This document shows, in pieces, positions 1 through 11,900 of a DNA stretch of 64,000 nucleotides. The translations under genes and the position numbers were made by a program. Position 1 is the stretch's first letter. Every line of letters begins with the position of its first letter. This DNA comes from a virus. Its lineage: Duplodnaviria > Caudoviricetes. The stretch lies in the IMG/VR virus record IMGVR_UViG_3300032167_000006. One strand, 5' to 3'. The notes under the pieces are model-generated. The model saw only the letters and a program-made list of their open reading frames with translations. It had not been told where the DNA came from and made no database searches.

Positions 1-1118
1 GCTATATCTTGTTTAATCTTTTCTGGTACATCATCAGCATTACCTGTAAGGCTATGAACAACAATACCTTTATTTGTTTCAAGCTTATTTATAATACTTG
101 TAGCAATACCATTTGCAGAACTATCTGGTTCATCTGAATCATCAATAGTTTCATTTACATCATTAAGAACAGTAATAAATCTAATAAATTTAGTATAAGA
201 ATATTCATCAAGATTAGATGTATTTAATTTAAAATATCCATTTTTTCCAAAGAAAATAAAATCAATACCATTAAATACTTTAAGATCTTCTAAAGATAAT
301 CTCATCTTTTTATAGAATACAGAAAGAGGATTAAGATTCTTAGTATAATCAAATATTTTAGTATTCTCTTTACCACCCCATCCATATACGGGAACAAATA
401 CTGTCTTTTTAGTATATCCTGCTTTATCTATACGCTTATCTAATATAAAACGTCTAATAAATTCAAAATACATATCTACACTTTTAGTTATAGTAAATGT
501 GTTGTTATTAAGATATACCTGATTATAATAATATAAATCAATAAAAGTATTAAGTGAATTATATCTATCATAAGAAGTATATGTTTTCTTTATCCAAGGA
601 TTTTCTCCTTTAACTCTTTTATATAAATTAAGAACTTCTTTATTATTACGAATACGATCATTATAAAGAAGATTTCTATATTTTGTATTATAACCTGTTG
701 CTTCATTATAAATTTCTTCATCATAAAGCTCATTAAAGAAAATAATTTTATTACCTAGCTTACAATATACTTCATTAATAAGATCCTCATTAGGATTATC
801 ATAATTAAGCACATTTGTAGTTTCAGTAAATACTGTAGGTTGCTCGTTAATAAGTTGAGTGTAATCATTATGATCTATTTCTAATAATCTAGATTCATTA
901 TTAATAGTATACATAATATCTCTTTCAATGTAATAAGAAATAAATGAATTATTTTTATTGACACAAAACTTATTATTCATTAATTCTTTTGATATTTCGT
1001 AATTTGGAGTAAGTAACAAAATAGCAGAATTGTGCTTTTTATCTGTATAATCTATCGGTAAGTATACATTAGGCTTCTTATATAGCTTCATATACTTTAA
1101 ATCATCAAAATAAAGCAT
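1..1118 (-). CDS. 5' part of a large late gene running off the window (MLYFDDLKYMKLYKKPNVYLPID...); function uncertain, possibly the N-terminal region of a virion RNA polymerase subunit
   Basis: Not in ORF track. Open frame read by eye from ATG at 1118 to the window edge, AAGGAGG RBS at ~1127-1133, AACA-N6-TA motif at 1143-1154. The RNAP suggestion is only a recollection of similar jumbo-phage N-termini; no catalytic motif is visible. Confidence 0.7.
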   Translation of the reverse strand, partial: MLYFDDLKYMKLYKKPNVYLPIDYTDKKHNSAILLLTPNYEISKELMNNKFCVNKNNSFISYYIERDIMYTINNESRLLEIDHNDYTQLINEQPTVFTETTNVLNYDNPNEDLINEVYCKLGNKIIFFNELYDEEIYNEATGYNTKYRNLLYNDRIRNNKEVLNLYKRVKGENPWIKKTYTSYDRYNSLNTFIDLYYYNQVYLNNNTFTITKSVDMYFEFIRRFILDKRIDKAGYTKKTVFVPVYGWGGKENTKIFDYTKNLNPLSVFYKKMRLSLEDLKVFNGIDFIFFGKNGYFKLNTSNLDEYSYTKFIRFITVLNDVNETIDDSDEPDSSANGIATSIINKLETNKGIVVHSLTGNADDVPEKIKQDI

Positions 1119-1142
1119 AATTTTCGTCCTCCTTTTCAATAT

Positions 1143-1154
1143 TATTAATTTGTT
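1143..1154 (-). promoter_or_regulatory. Late promoter motif AACA-N6-TA
   Basis: Minus strand AACA-AATTAA-TA upstream of the 1118 start. Confidence 0.6.
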
Positions 1155-1200
1155 CAGTGGCTCTTAATATACGTATTTTGTATAATTTAAACATATGTAA

Positions 1201-1212
1201 AACAAAAGAATA
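1201..1212 (+). promoter_or_regulatory. Late promoter motif AACA-N6-TA
   Basis: AACA-AAAGAA-TA upstream of the 1236 ORF. Confidence 0.5.
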
Positions 1213-1235
1213 AATATTATTAAGGGGTAATTATT

Positions 1236-1520
1236 ATGAAAAAATATTTTTGTGCTTTATTTAAAAATTTACAGTTGCAAATTGCTGTACAAATATGGGC
1301 TAAAGATAGAGGAACAGCTCAATTAACTTTAATGGAAAATTATATAGCCAGTATAAAAAATAATCCTGATCTTAAAGATATTAAGATTGAAGCTAAATAT
1401 ACCAAGATATATGCAGTTGAAATTACAAACGATAAAGATTTTGTAACATATGATGATATTAAACGTATGATAGATGAAATAAAATTTATTAGAGGTGGAA
1501 GCGATGGCGAAAACTCATGA
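1236..1520 (+). CDS. Hypothetical protein (94 aa)
   Basis: ORF with AAGGGG RBS; first of four tightly packed ORFs. Confidence 0.7.
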   Translation: MKKYFCALFKNLQLQIAVQIWAKDRGTAQLTLMENYIASIKNNPDLKDIKIEAKYTKIYAVEITNDKDFVTYDDIKRMIDEIKFIRGGSDGENS

Positions 1521-1683
1521 TAAGAAGAGAGATTTTATTCAGTTATTAAGTATGATGAGTGATACTGAAATAAATGATTATATTAAAAGGCATGGCAAAG
1601 GTCCAAAACCTGTAGTCATGTGTGTTATAGTAGATAAAGAAAAAAATATACCATCGGAGGAAAATAAAAATGTTGCAGTATAA
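1504..1683 (+). CDS. Hypothetical protein (~59 aa)
   Basis: AGAGGTGG RBS favours the ATG at 1504 (MAKTH) over the GTG at 1495. Confidence 0.6.
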   Translation: MAKTHDKKRDFIQLLSMMSDTEINDYIKRHGKGPKPVVMCVIVDKEKNIPSEENKNVAV

Positions 1684-1903
1684 ACGTCCTAAGAAAATTA
1701 AAGGTGCTAGAAAGAAAGCAAGAGAAGAGATGATTGAAAGATTATCACTTGCTTATCCTATGTACTTTGAAGGCAAAACAGAAAGAGAAGTAATTCTTCT
1801 TGTTGGTGCTTTTAAAGGTACTGGAATGGCCGATGATCAATTTCCTAGCTTCTGTATTTCATATGAAGCTAAAATGGAACAGAAATTAACAGAAGGAGCT
1901 TAA
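1670..1903 (+). CDS. Hypothetical protein (77 aa)
   Basis: GGAGG RBS, overlaps upstream stop. Confidence 0.7.
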   Translation: MLQYKRPKKIKGARKKAREEMIERLSLAYPMYFEGKTEREVILLVGAFKGTGMADDQFPSFCISYEAKMEQKLTEGA

Positions 1904-1904
1904 T

Positions 1905-2186
1905 ATGATAAAAGTTAATAATAAATCTACTTACGATATAAAAGTATATCATGTTAAAAATTGTAAAGTGTCTAACAAATATGATTTTACTGGATGCGTA
2001 TTAAATGTAGACGATGAACCTATAATAGAATCTATTAAAAGAAAACTTGGTCTTAAAGGTCATATGCTTCTTTGCGAGATGACAAATGAAGGATTTGACT
2101 ACGATATTGTTGATTTATTTAAAGTACCTTTATCAGAATTATCTCTTGGTGATATTTTATTATTAGATAGTAAAATAAAAGCCTAA
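1905..2186 (+). CDS. Hypothetical protein (93 aa)
   Basis: AAGGAG RBS, coupled to upstream gene. Confidence 0.7.
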   Translation: MIKVNNKSTYDIKVYHVKNCKVSNKYDFTGCVLNVDDEPIIESIKRKLGLKGHMLLCEMTNEGFDYDIVDLFKVPLSELSLGDILLLDSKIKA

Positions 2187-2267
2187 ACTCACGTAGATCG
2201 AATGTATAAAAATACACAGCGTAATACATTTAAGTAATAAATATTATTAGTCTGGGAGGACAAACTT

Positions 2268-2798
2268 ATGGCAAATAAAGTATTAGAATTAGTAAAAGAA
2301 ATTGATGAGACAAGATCTCAGCGTTCTGCATCTGCTAAAGATGAAATTAGAGTTATGAGAGCAATGCTCAATGATCCTGATTTTGTAGTTGATGTATACG
2401 GTAAAGGCGGAGTAATTGGTCAGTATTGTCCATACGAAGATGCTCATGCAATGGCCGCTAATATCATTAAGGGTGCTACAAAAATGAGCACTAAAGAAGC
2501 AGAACATCTTGCATCTACTTATGAATTCACTAAACAGGATGCAAATACGTTTATTAATATCTCTAAAGAGTTTATTAATACTTACGTAGAAACAGGTCGT
2601 AAACTTCCGTTAGGTGGAAGAGAGAAATCTAATATTTCACTTTCTAAGAAAGTTAAAGAAGAGAGAAGCAATAACTTTCCTAAGAAAGTTGGAGTTAATG
2701 ATGATGGATCTGATAAATATGAGACATGTGGTGAGGGTACAATTCCGTCACATAACAGCTTGAGAGTACATTCATCATGCCCCTCATGGTTGAAATAA
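2268..2798 (+). CDS. Hypothetical phage protein (176 aa)
   Basis: GGGAGG RBS; variant late motif TACA-TTTAAG-TA at 2225-2236; hairpin downstream. Confidence 0.8.
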   Translation: MANKVLELVKEIDETRSQRSASAKDEIRVMRAMLNDPDFVVDVYGKGGVIGQYCPYEDAHAMAANIIKGATKMSTKEAEHLASTYEFTKQDANTFINISKEFINTYVETGRKLPLGGREKSNISLSKKVKEERSNNFPKKVGVNDDGSDKYETCGEGTIPSHNSLRVHSSCPSWLK

Positions 2799-2822
2799 TT
2801 TACTATTATTTAAGCATAAATT

Positions 2823-2850
2823 TAGGGTAAGGGTTAATTCCCTTACCCTA
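2823..2850 (+). terminator. Intrinsic terminator-like hairpin
   Basis: TAGGGTAAGGG-TTAATT-CCCTTACCCTA, 11-bp perfect stem after the 176-aa gene. Confidence 0.7.
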
Positions 2851-2906
2851 TAAATTTTGCCTTAATTTAACGTAAATTGTAACTTCGGATATCTTTCTAT
2901 ACCTGA

Positions 2907-2918
2907 AACATATTAATA
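2907..2918 (+). promoter_or_regulatory. Late promoter motif AACA-N6-TA (tape measure gene)
   Basis: AACA-TATTAA-TA 35 nt before the ATG and AAAGGAGG RBS. Confidence 0.65.
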
Positions 2919-2952
2919 AATCTAACGAAAAATGAAAGGAGGATGAAGATTT

Positions 2953-5900
2953 ATGGCAGTCAATTATTTGAAAAATGTTATGAAATCTGTTGCATATGCA
3001 GCTTCTGATACATTTGATAATCTTACTCCGGCTTTAAAAGAATTCAAGGAAACCAATAGGGATTTTACAACAGCTACTTATGCTACTTTAAAAAATCCAA
3101 AAGCCTTTGTTAAAAGACAAGTTAAAGCTGTACAAGAAAGCAAATTATATCAAGCAATCGAATACGGTGCAAGAAATATTGTTGAAGATCTTCGTACAGG
3201 TAATTTCTATAACAGAGAGCGTGAAGAACGTGATGAAGCTAAACTTGGCGGACTTGATGCTGATAGCTGGGATGATCTTTCAGAATTTGGTATAAGCGAT
3301 AATTGGGAGAAAGATGTCAATAGTTCTAATGAAGGTATAACAGCTGGTGATAAAGCAGTAGTCAAATCTATTGAAAAGTCAAATCAAGCTGTAGCTAATA
3401 CTACAGTTAATGCTATTATAGCAACATCAGATAGAGAAGTTGCAACTAGTAAAGCTAATGCTGGTATGGCTTATATTCAGAATGAAAGATTATTCGGTGG
3501 TTTGCATAAAGATATGACAATACTTGGCAATACTATGCATCAGATGTATAATCTTCAGGCCGCTTCATTACAAAATATAGATAAGAATTTATCTGATTAC
3601 TTTACGCAGGAATCAAAACTTAACGTAGAACGTAATAAGATTTTAGCAGAAATGCTAGAATTGCAACGTAATATGTATAAGTCTGCTGATGAGAAAACTA
3701 AAGCAAATCAAAAACCCTCTACAAAATTACGTTGGGGGGATATCAATACTAATGGTATAATTGATATTAATAAATATTTTGAAGTAGTTAAGAAAAATAT
3801 TAATAATGAATTAGCAGCACATATGCCTGCCGGCTTTGGCGGAGATGATGGTAATATGCTTGCTGCAATGATGACATCTCCACTAAAATTTGCAGTTCAA
3901 TATGTCGTAGATGGTATTATTCCTGCTACGGTGAAACAAGCTTCTACAGAGCTTAATAATACTATTTCAGGTGTATTTGGTACTATCTTAAATCGTTTAA
4001 ATAATGCTAAAGGTAAAAATGGTATCGCTGGATTTTTAGCTAAATTTTTAGGTGTTAATCTTGGAGTAAATGCAAATATTGATACGTCTAAATATGAAAA
4101 AGGACCTGTTCCATTTGACGGATTAACTCGTAAAGCTATTATAGATGTAATACCTGCTCATTTAAGACGTATCGAAGCCGCTATTACGGGTAGACCAGAA
4201 GAAGTATTTGATTATCAAAATGGTAAATGGGTTACCATGGATAGTATCAAAAAACAATATAAAAATATCAAAACCAATGCTGAAAAAAGTAGCACTGCAG
4301 ATATTATTGATGAGATGTCTTCTGGTATAAAATCAGAACGTGCATCTATTGGTAAAGCAGATGGTTCAAGAGGCGAAAAAGATTTCGATAAAGCCATCGA
4401 AGAGTTTAGACAATATTTATATTTAGTCGGCGGAGATTTCAATCCAAGAGCATCTGCCTCTAAAAATGGTATTAATGCTAGCAATTTTCCAATGCTTAAT
4501 AAATACTATGATAGAATTGTATCTGTATTTAAGAATACCAAAATAAGTACTAGGATGCAGATAGCTAATAGAGTTAATGATGCTAGAGAATCTGCTAATA
4601 GAATTTATAGAGGTGCAGAGACAGATCCTACAAATATCTATCAAACTTATTTTAGTTCACCAACAGCAGATACTCATGGTAAATGGAAAGATGATGGTAA
4701 GACTTTTGAAGCTTATAATCTTTTAAATAAAGAAGATAAGCGTGGAAATTCTGTTTATGATTACTTATATAATATCAATAGAGCTCTCATTACAATTGGT
4801 TCAAACGGAGGTGGATTTGGTACTGCGTCCGGTGTAAAAAATTCAAGCATATCTGCTGAATTATTTAAGGACTTTGAGCCAAAAAATAATCTAAATAAAA
4901 AAAGTAATGACGAATGGAAACAAAGACAAGCTGCAGACGCGAAAGCAATGGAATCAGCTAAAAAATTAATAGAAAAAGGTATTGCAGTAGATGGTTTACT
5001 TTATGAACAAGATCCTGAAAGATATTTGGAAATTGTTGGTAATTTATATGAAGCTCAATTTACAGATCGACAAATAATTGAATTACAAAATATTTCCAGT
5101 GAATCAGCACTTTCTAGATTTATGAATAAAAAAGTTTATAAAATAAATCCTAAAACTGCGAAAGAATTAGAAGAAGCTACAAAGAAAGCAGAAAAAGAAT
5201 CTGAAAAAGGAACTCTGGAAACGGAAAAGAATAAATCATTTCTTAAGAAAGTCTCTGAAAAGATTGTTGGAGAGAAATCTATTTTAGGAGGCATAGCAAG
5301 TGCTTCTGCTGAATCATTTACAAATATTCTTACTACAGCTAATAGAGCAATCTATGACATGATGTTTAAGTATGAAATGGATGCTGATGGCGATGGTAAT
5401 AAAAAACACTATAATGGATTTGTTGAGGCTTTAGTTGGAAAAGCCACTGACAGTTTTAAAGCTATCGGTGAAAGATTTAAGAAAGATATCATTGATCCTT
5501 TTAAAGAAAAATTTGGTATTGGCGATGATTTCAAAGATAGATTTAAAAATAGCCTTACTGATAAGGGCGCCAAATTATGGAAAACATTTAAAGATTCTAA
5601 TAAATCTGTATATGGGCCTATATTGGATCAGATGAAAGTTGAACTTGGTATGAAGCAAGGCGAAACCAAAGCTCAGCAACATCGTGCTAATAATAGAAAA
5701 TCAATAAATTCTAAAATATATAAAGTTAATAATGCTGAAAATATATATGATAATGAATTTTATGAAATTCTTAAAGATTATGGATTAAACCCAATAGATT
5801 TTGCAGATAATCCTGCAAAAGCAAAAGAAGCTATACTTCCTATTTTATATGCAGATTTATTGAAAAATACTAATGGGTTAAGAGAAACTAATAGAGATAA

Positions 5901-8900
5901 AAATACCATAGATAATGCATTTAAAGGTATGGCTTCAAATCCTGAAGAGATGAAGAAATTTGCTGATTCTATTGGATTTTCTATTAAAGGTAAAACCACT
6001 GATGAACAAATAGATTCTCTTAAAAGACGCTTTACTAAAATAATAGATAATGGCGAAGGTGAGAGAAGAAAACGTGAATCTGTATTAGGTATAAAAGGTG
6101 AAGAAGGAATCTCTGCAAGACAAAAATTTGCAGAAGAACTTGAATTTACCGGAAGCATAGAAGAAAAGCAAAAACAACTTGTTGCTCTTGCTAAGTATTA
6201 TGGAGTACCTATTAAAGATATTTCTAAATATGATAATGACGATGCATTAAATAAATCATATATTAGAATTATTGAAAAGAATAATGCTAGAGGCACTATG
6301 GGTAGCCCCTTAGCCCCTGGCTCTGTATCATATGTTAATAATCATGAGTTTGCATTAACTCCAAGTGGTATGCATAGACTTCCCACTGGTAAGGTTAGAT
6401 TTAGTGAACCAACTCATATTATAAACTCTGAGCAGTCTCATGCTCTTGGACTTATAAGTGGCCCAAAACGCACTAATGCTCAAGGATATGCTTTAGAAAA
6501 AGCTGCTGCTAGAGCTAATGGTGATACTATCGCTAGCCATGCTGATGGTACCAATATGAAAGTTGGCAAAGATGGTAATATGGATGCTAAAGAAATATTA
6601 TCTGAAGCTAAGAAATTTATACCTGAGGCTGCAAGTGGTGGTCTTATAGGTGGTATTCTTTCTATGGTATTAGGATTAGCTGGCGGTCCTTTAGTTGGCG
6701 CTGCTCTTGGTGCCGGTGGTTCAATCTTAGCTAGCTCTGATACTCTTAAAGAAAAACTCTTTGGTAAAGCAGGAAAAGATGGAAAACGTGAAGGTGGTAT
6801 TGTATCAAAAACCATCATGGATAAATTCCATAAATACTTCCCTGATATGACTAAATATGGTCTTGCTGGATTAATACCTGGTTTATTAACTCCTCTTGGT
6901 CCTATTGGCGGTATCATGGCTGGTGCTGCTTTTGGTTATTTAAAGAATAATGAAAAATTCACTAATAAATATTTTGGTGAAGAAGGCGCTTTCCATATTA
7001 AATCTAAAGATAAGAAAATTATAGAACAGTTAATGCCTGGAGCTGCTAAAGGCGCTGCTGCTGGTGCTATTGCTACATTATTATTACCGACTCCATTTGG
7101 TTTTCTTGGTAATGCTGTAATAGGTGCTGGTCTTGGTATGATGGCTTCTACTAATGATTTTAAAGATTTAATACTTGGTAAAGAAGTTGATGGAGAACGC
7201 ATGGGTGGTATTGTAGGTGCGTTTAAAGATGCATTTAAACCATTCGCTGATTCTATGAAAGAAGCTGGAAGTAAATTAAAAGATTCTTTCGAAGCAAATA
7301 TAATAGACCCATTAGGTAAACTTATAAAACCTGCTATTCATGCATTGCCTATAGCACTTGGTTCATTACCTAGACTTTTATCTAAAGCATTTGATAAATT
7401 CTTTGGTACTAGAATAGGCAGAACTATAGAAACTCGTGTTAAGGCTTTATTTAGTAAACCTGCTAAAGCATTAGGATGGGTTGGTAAGAAAGCAGCTGGA
7501 TTAGGAAGTGGAATTATGTCATTAATCGGTGCTCCTATTAGGGGCGCTGGTGACAGGCTTAAAGCATACAATGTACGTCATGGGAACCTTATGGATGAAG
7601 ATGCACGTGATATTGTAGGATGGATGGATACGCAACAGGAAAAGAAAAAGTTAGGCAAAAGAACTCCATTATTTAAAAATAGATATAAAGTATCTTCAAC
7701 TTTAAGAGCTGTTGCTGGAATTGGCGAAGAAGGCGGTATGGATATAGAAACTGCTGAAAGTTTAATGCGTAATTTAGAACGTATGAATGATACTGAAGCC
7801 ACTGCTCAAACCAGATTTAATAAAGAAAAAAAGAGCATTAATAACTTATTAACAAGCTATGAATATCGTGAAGGTAAAAAGATATCTGATAAAGCTGTTA
7901 AGAATATTCTTAAAGCTGCTAATAAAAAAGATTATGATGAAATATCTAAAATATTACAAAAAGAAGGTCTTTCTAAAGAAGAATTTAATACCTTCATGGA
8001 AAAGGGCGGTTTAAAATCTGCTGTTTCAAATGTTGCAGATGCTCAATTTAGATTGAAAAATATAAAAAATATTACAGATAAAGATGCTGGCAAAGCTGCA
8101 GAAGAGCAATTACGTGCTCTAGGAATTGATCCTAAAGATCTTAAATTAAATGATAAAAGATCAAGAGCCGAGGCTGCACAATTAATTAAAAATCAATTAC
8201 AGTTAGTTAATCCTGATAAAGTATTAGATTATGAAACTAAACTTGAAACAGAGAATAATGAAAATATATCAACTATTACTGAAAAAGTTGGTAGTATTGA
8301 TGAAGCATTTAAACAAATGCTTGATATTCTTAGAGGTAAAGATGATAAAGTTAAAACTAATCAAGAAAAAATTGAAAGCAAACTAAATAAAGGTATAAAT
8401 GCAGCAGATGAAAAATATACCGAAACTCAGCAAAAAGCAGAAGAAAAAATTGCTGAAGTTTTAGGTAAAGGTGAAGTTGAACAGTTAAGCAAAGAAGCTA
8501 AAGATAATTTAACTAGAACTACTAAAAAACGTAAACGTATTAAATCTTATACAAAATTCGGAGTTAATGCTGCAAACGCAACTGCTGATGATTTTAAAAA
8601 TGCTAGAAAAGCAACTTTCAATTTATTTAAAAGAATTCCTCAATACGTAGTACGTAGAATTACTCCTGAAGCTCATAAAGTTTTATCTAAATATACTGAA
8701 GCTAAAGCCAATAGAGTTAGTAAAGCATTAGGATCTAAATATATTAAGCATATGATTAAATATGGTAATTATAATATAGATCCAGAAACTTTAGAGGTAT
8801 TGAGTGATACTGCATATACTAGAGATTTAAATACTATAGGCCCTGTTTTAGTTAGAGCATATGAAAGTGGATATGTTGAGGTTTATAAACGTTATCCGTC

Positions 8901-11900
8901 TATAAAAGCAATTGCTACTATGAGGGATAAAGATATTTATGAGATTACTAAAATAATAGGACATAAGAAACCAATAGAAGATAATATTAAAACAGCAACT
9001 ATTAATACAGTTAATGCTGTGAAAAATTCACCTAAAGCAGTAAAAGATTATACTGCCAAAACAGTTCATAATGTTTCCGATAAGGTTCGTGGATATATTG
9101 ATAATATGAAAGCCAATAGCGGAGTAGAAATAGTTGATGCTGATTTTGTAGATGATCAAGAAACTCCTTCAAATGCTTGGGGCACAGTATTAGCCACTAT
9201 CGGTAAAACTGCTTTAAAAGGAGTTGGAGCTGCTGCTAAAGGCGCTGTAAAGTTAGCAGGAAAAGGTATTAAAGCCGTTGGTAAAGGTATTGGCAGCGGT
9301 GTTAAATCTTTATTTGCTGGAAAAGACGAAATGGCTGCTGCTACTAGCGGAGGATTTTTAGGTAATTTATTTAATAAACTTAAAAATCATAAATCTGACG
9401 ATGGCGGCAATTTAAATGAAACAGATAGAGCCGGTGATGGTAAAGATGTTGTTCATGTTGGCGGCGGAGACTTTATTCAAGTTGAACGTGGTACTGACGG
9501 TAGTGTTCAGCCAGATACTCAAGATTCTAATACCAAAACAGTTTTAAATAAACTTAGTTTAAAAGAAAAAATGAATGAGAAGTTCCAAGCTGCACAAATG
9601 AAAGTTAACGAACTTATTCATAATACTTTTGACACTTCAAAAGAAAAAGGTTCAAAAGGTGGTAAATTAAGTTGGATTAGCCTTCTTTTAGGTGGTACTA
9701 TATTAGCAAAATCAGGTATATTAAAAACATTATTTAATAATATTATAAAACCTGTATGGACTAATCATATTCAACCTTGGTTAAAGAATACAGCAGTTCC
9801 ATGGTTTACAGATTTTTGGACCAATAAAGCTGTTCCTGCATTAGAAAAAACTGCAGGATACTTAATAGGCGAACTTATTAAGAAATTACCAGATGCAATT
9901 ATACAATCATTCACAGCATTACCTAGAATTATTGGTGGTATTTTCGATGCATTTACAGGAAATAAAACCAATTCTGGCGGTAGCAATACAATAGATGCTA
10001 ATTCAATATCTGAATCTAATGGTGGCGGTAATGTTAAAACCGGAATGACCGATGAAAATGGAAATGTTTTAACTACAAATGATATTGCTAATAATAATTT
10101 TGGGAAGATATACAATGCAGATGGTGTTGAAGGTACCGTTAATGAAGATGGCACAGTAACATTTAAAGATACTTCTTTTAAAGGATCTTCATATGTTAAA
10201 ACTACTGCTAATGCAGCGGCTCATGGTTATGCTAAGGCAATGGCTAGAGGTAAAACAGCTAAATTAACAACTACTGCTTTGAATGCTTCTAAAAAATTAT
10301 CTAAACGCAAAGGTCTTGTAACTAAAGCTGCTGGAGTAACTGGTCAGGCAATATATAAACCAACAACTATGAGTGAAAGTGCTGGTGCTGCTACTAGATC
10401 ATTCTTAGATAAAAAAGTTGATGATGTTGCTTTAAAGATACTTGTTGATGCAGAAAATAAAGGTATTAAAGGTAAGGCTCTTGATGAGTTAACCGAACAG
10501 GTATTAACAAAAGGCGATGGTTCTAAAACATCTAAATTTGTACAAAAAATATCTGGTGCTAATGAAAACGGCCTTATTAATAAGGTTAAAAGAGGCATTG
10601 AAGGAGCAAAATCTAAAGTTAAATCGGTAGCTGATAAAGCTAAAAATATATTTAGTAAAGGCGCTAAAGAGTCTGTGGAGGAAACTGTTGAAAAGACAGT
10701 TGCAAAAGGTGCCGCACAAACTGCAGAAGCTATTGTTAGTACTGCTACAAAAACTGGAGCTAAAGAAGCTACAGATCAAGCAGGTAAAGCAGTTACAAAA
10801 GCTGCCGCAAAAGTTGCAGATGGTGCAGTAGATGCTGCTACAAAAAATAAAGGATTATTGGCTAAATTAGCAGCTAGAATGAAAGATGCTATAGCTAAAC
10901 TTTGGGATAACTCTAAAGTACAAAAGGTTCTTTTAAAACTTGCTAAGGCTTTAGGCAAAACTAAGCCTGCGCAATTTGTAAAAGGTTTAAAAGAAAGCGT
11001 TGAAAAAATATTTAAAGAGGCTCTTGAAAAAGGTATTAAAAAAGCTGGTGCTTCTGTTGTTAAAAACGTACTTGGTAAAGTGCTTTGGTGGGTAATGCTT
11101 ATAGCCGACTTCCTTAGTGGTATGGATAAAGCAGAATCTATACTTGGTGTTACCGAGACAACAATTATAGAAGAAGTAATTGCTGGTTTAATTAATGCTC
11201 TTTGTAATCTTTTAATTGTTCCTGCAATATTCCCTGGTGTTCCGTGGATTGCTAAATTCTTATTTAAGTTATTTGGACAAGATCTTGAAGAACGTCAGAA
11301 GAAAGCTGAAGAAGAAGCCAAGAAGTATAATGAAGAGAATGGTACTACTTTAACTACAGAAGAATATCTTGAACAGCAATATTCTGTACAAGGTAAAGCA
11401 AAGAAAGGTATTAAAGATTTCTGGAAAAAAATTACTGGTAAATCTAAGAATAAAAAGAAAAATAGTGATACCTCCCCTCCAAAATCTGTTGTTGCTTCAA
11501 ATGCATCTGGTACATTAAATATATCAAGTGCAGGAGATGGAATAATAAGCGTTATAAGTGATAATCTTAATAATACTTATGATACAATTTCAGATTCAAC
11601 AGCTACAATGAAAGACGATAAGAATTTAGAAAGAGTATTACAAAAATCTGCTGAAGGTAAAATTTCCATTTTATCTAAAGAATATTGGGAAAAGGGTATT
11701 AATAATAAAGATACGTCACTTAGTGGCACATTAAAGAAATCCTATGGTATGCTTACAAAACTTACCAATTTTCCAATATTGATGTTACAAAATATACTTA
11801 GTGGTATGACTGATTCTATAGTCGAAATAGGAGATACCTTATCTGGCGATAATAGTTTTTCTAATAATAAATCTAATAATAAATCTAATAATAAATCATT

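Noticed and set aside
11860-11895. TCTAATAATAAA x3 microsatellite in the tape measure gene
   Set aside because: In-frame 12-bp unit encoding an SNNK low-complexity linker; no phase-variation potential
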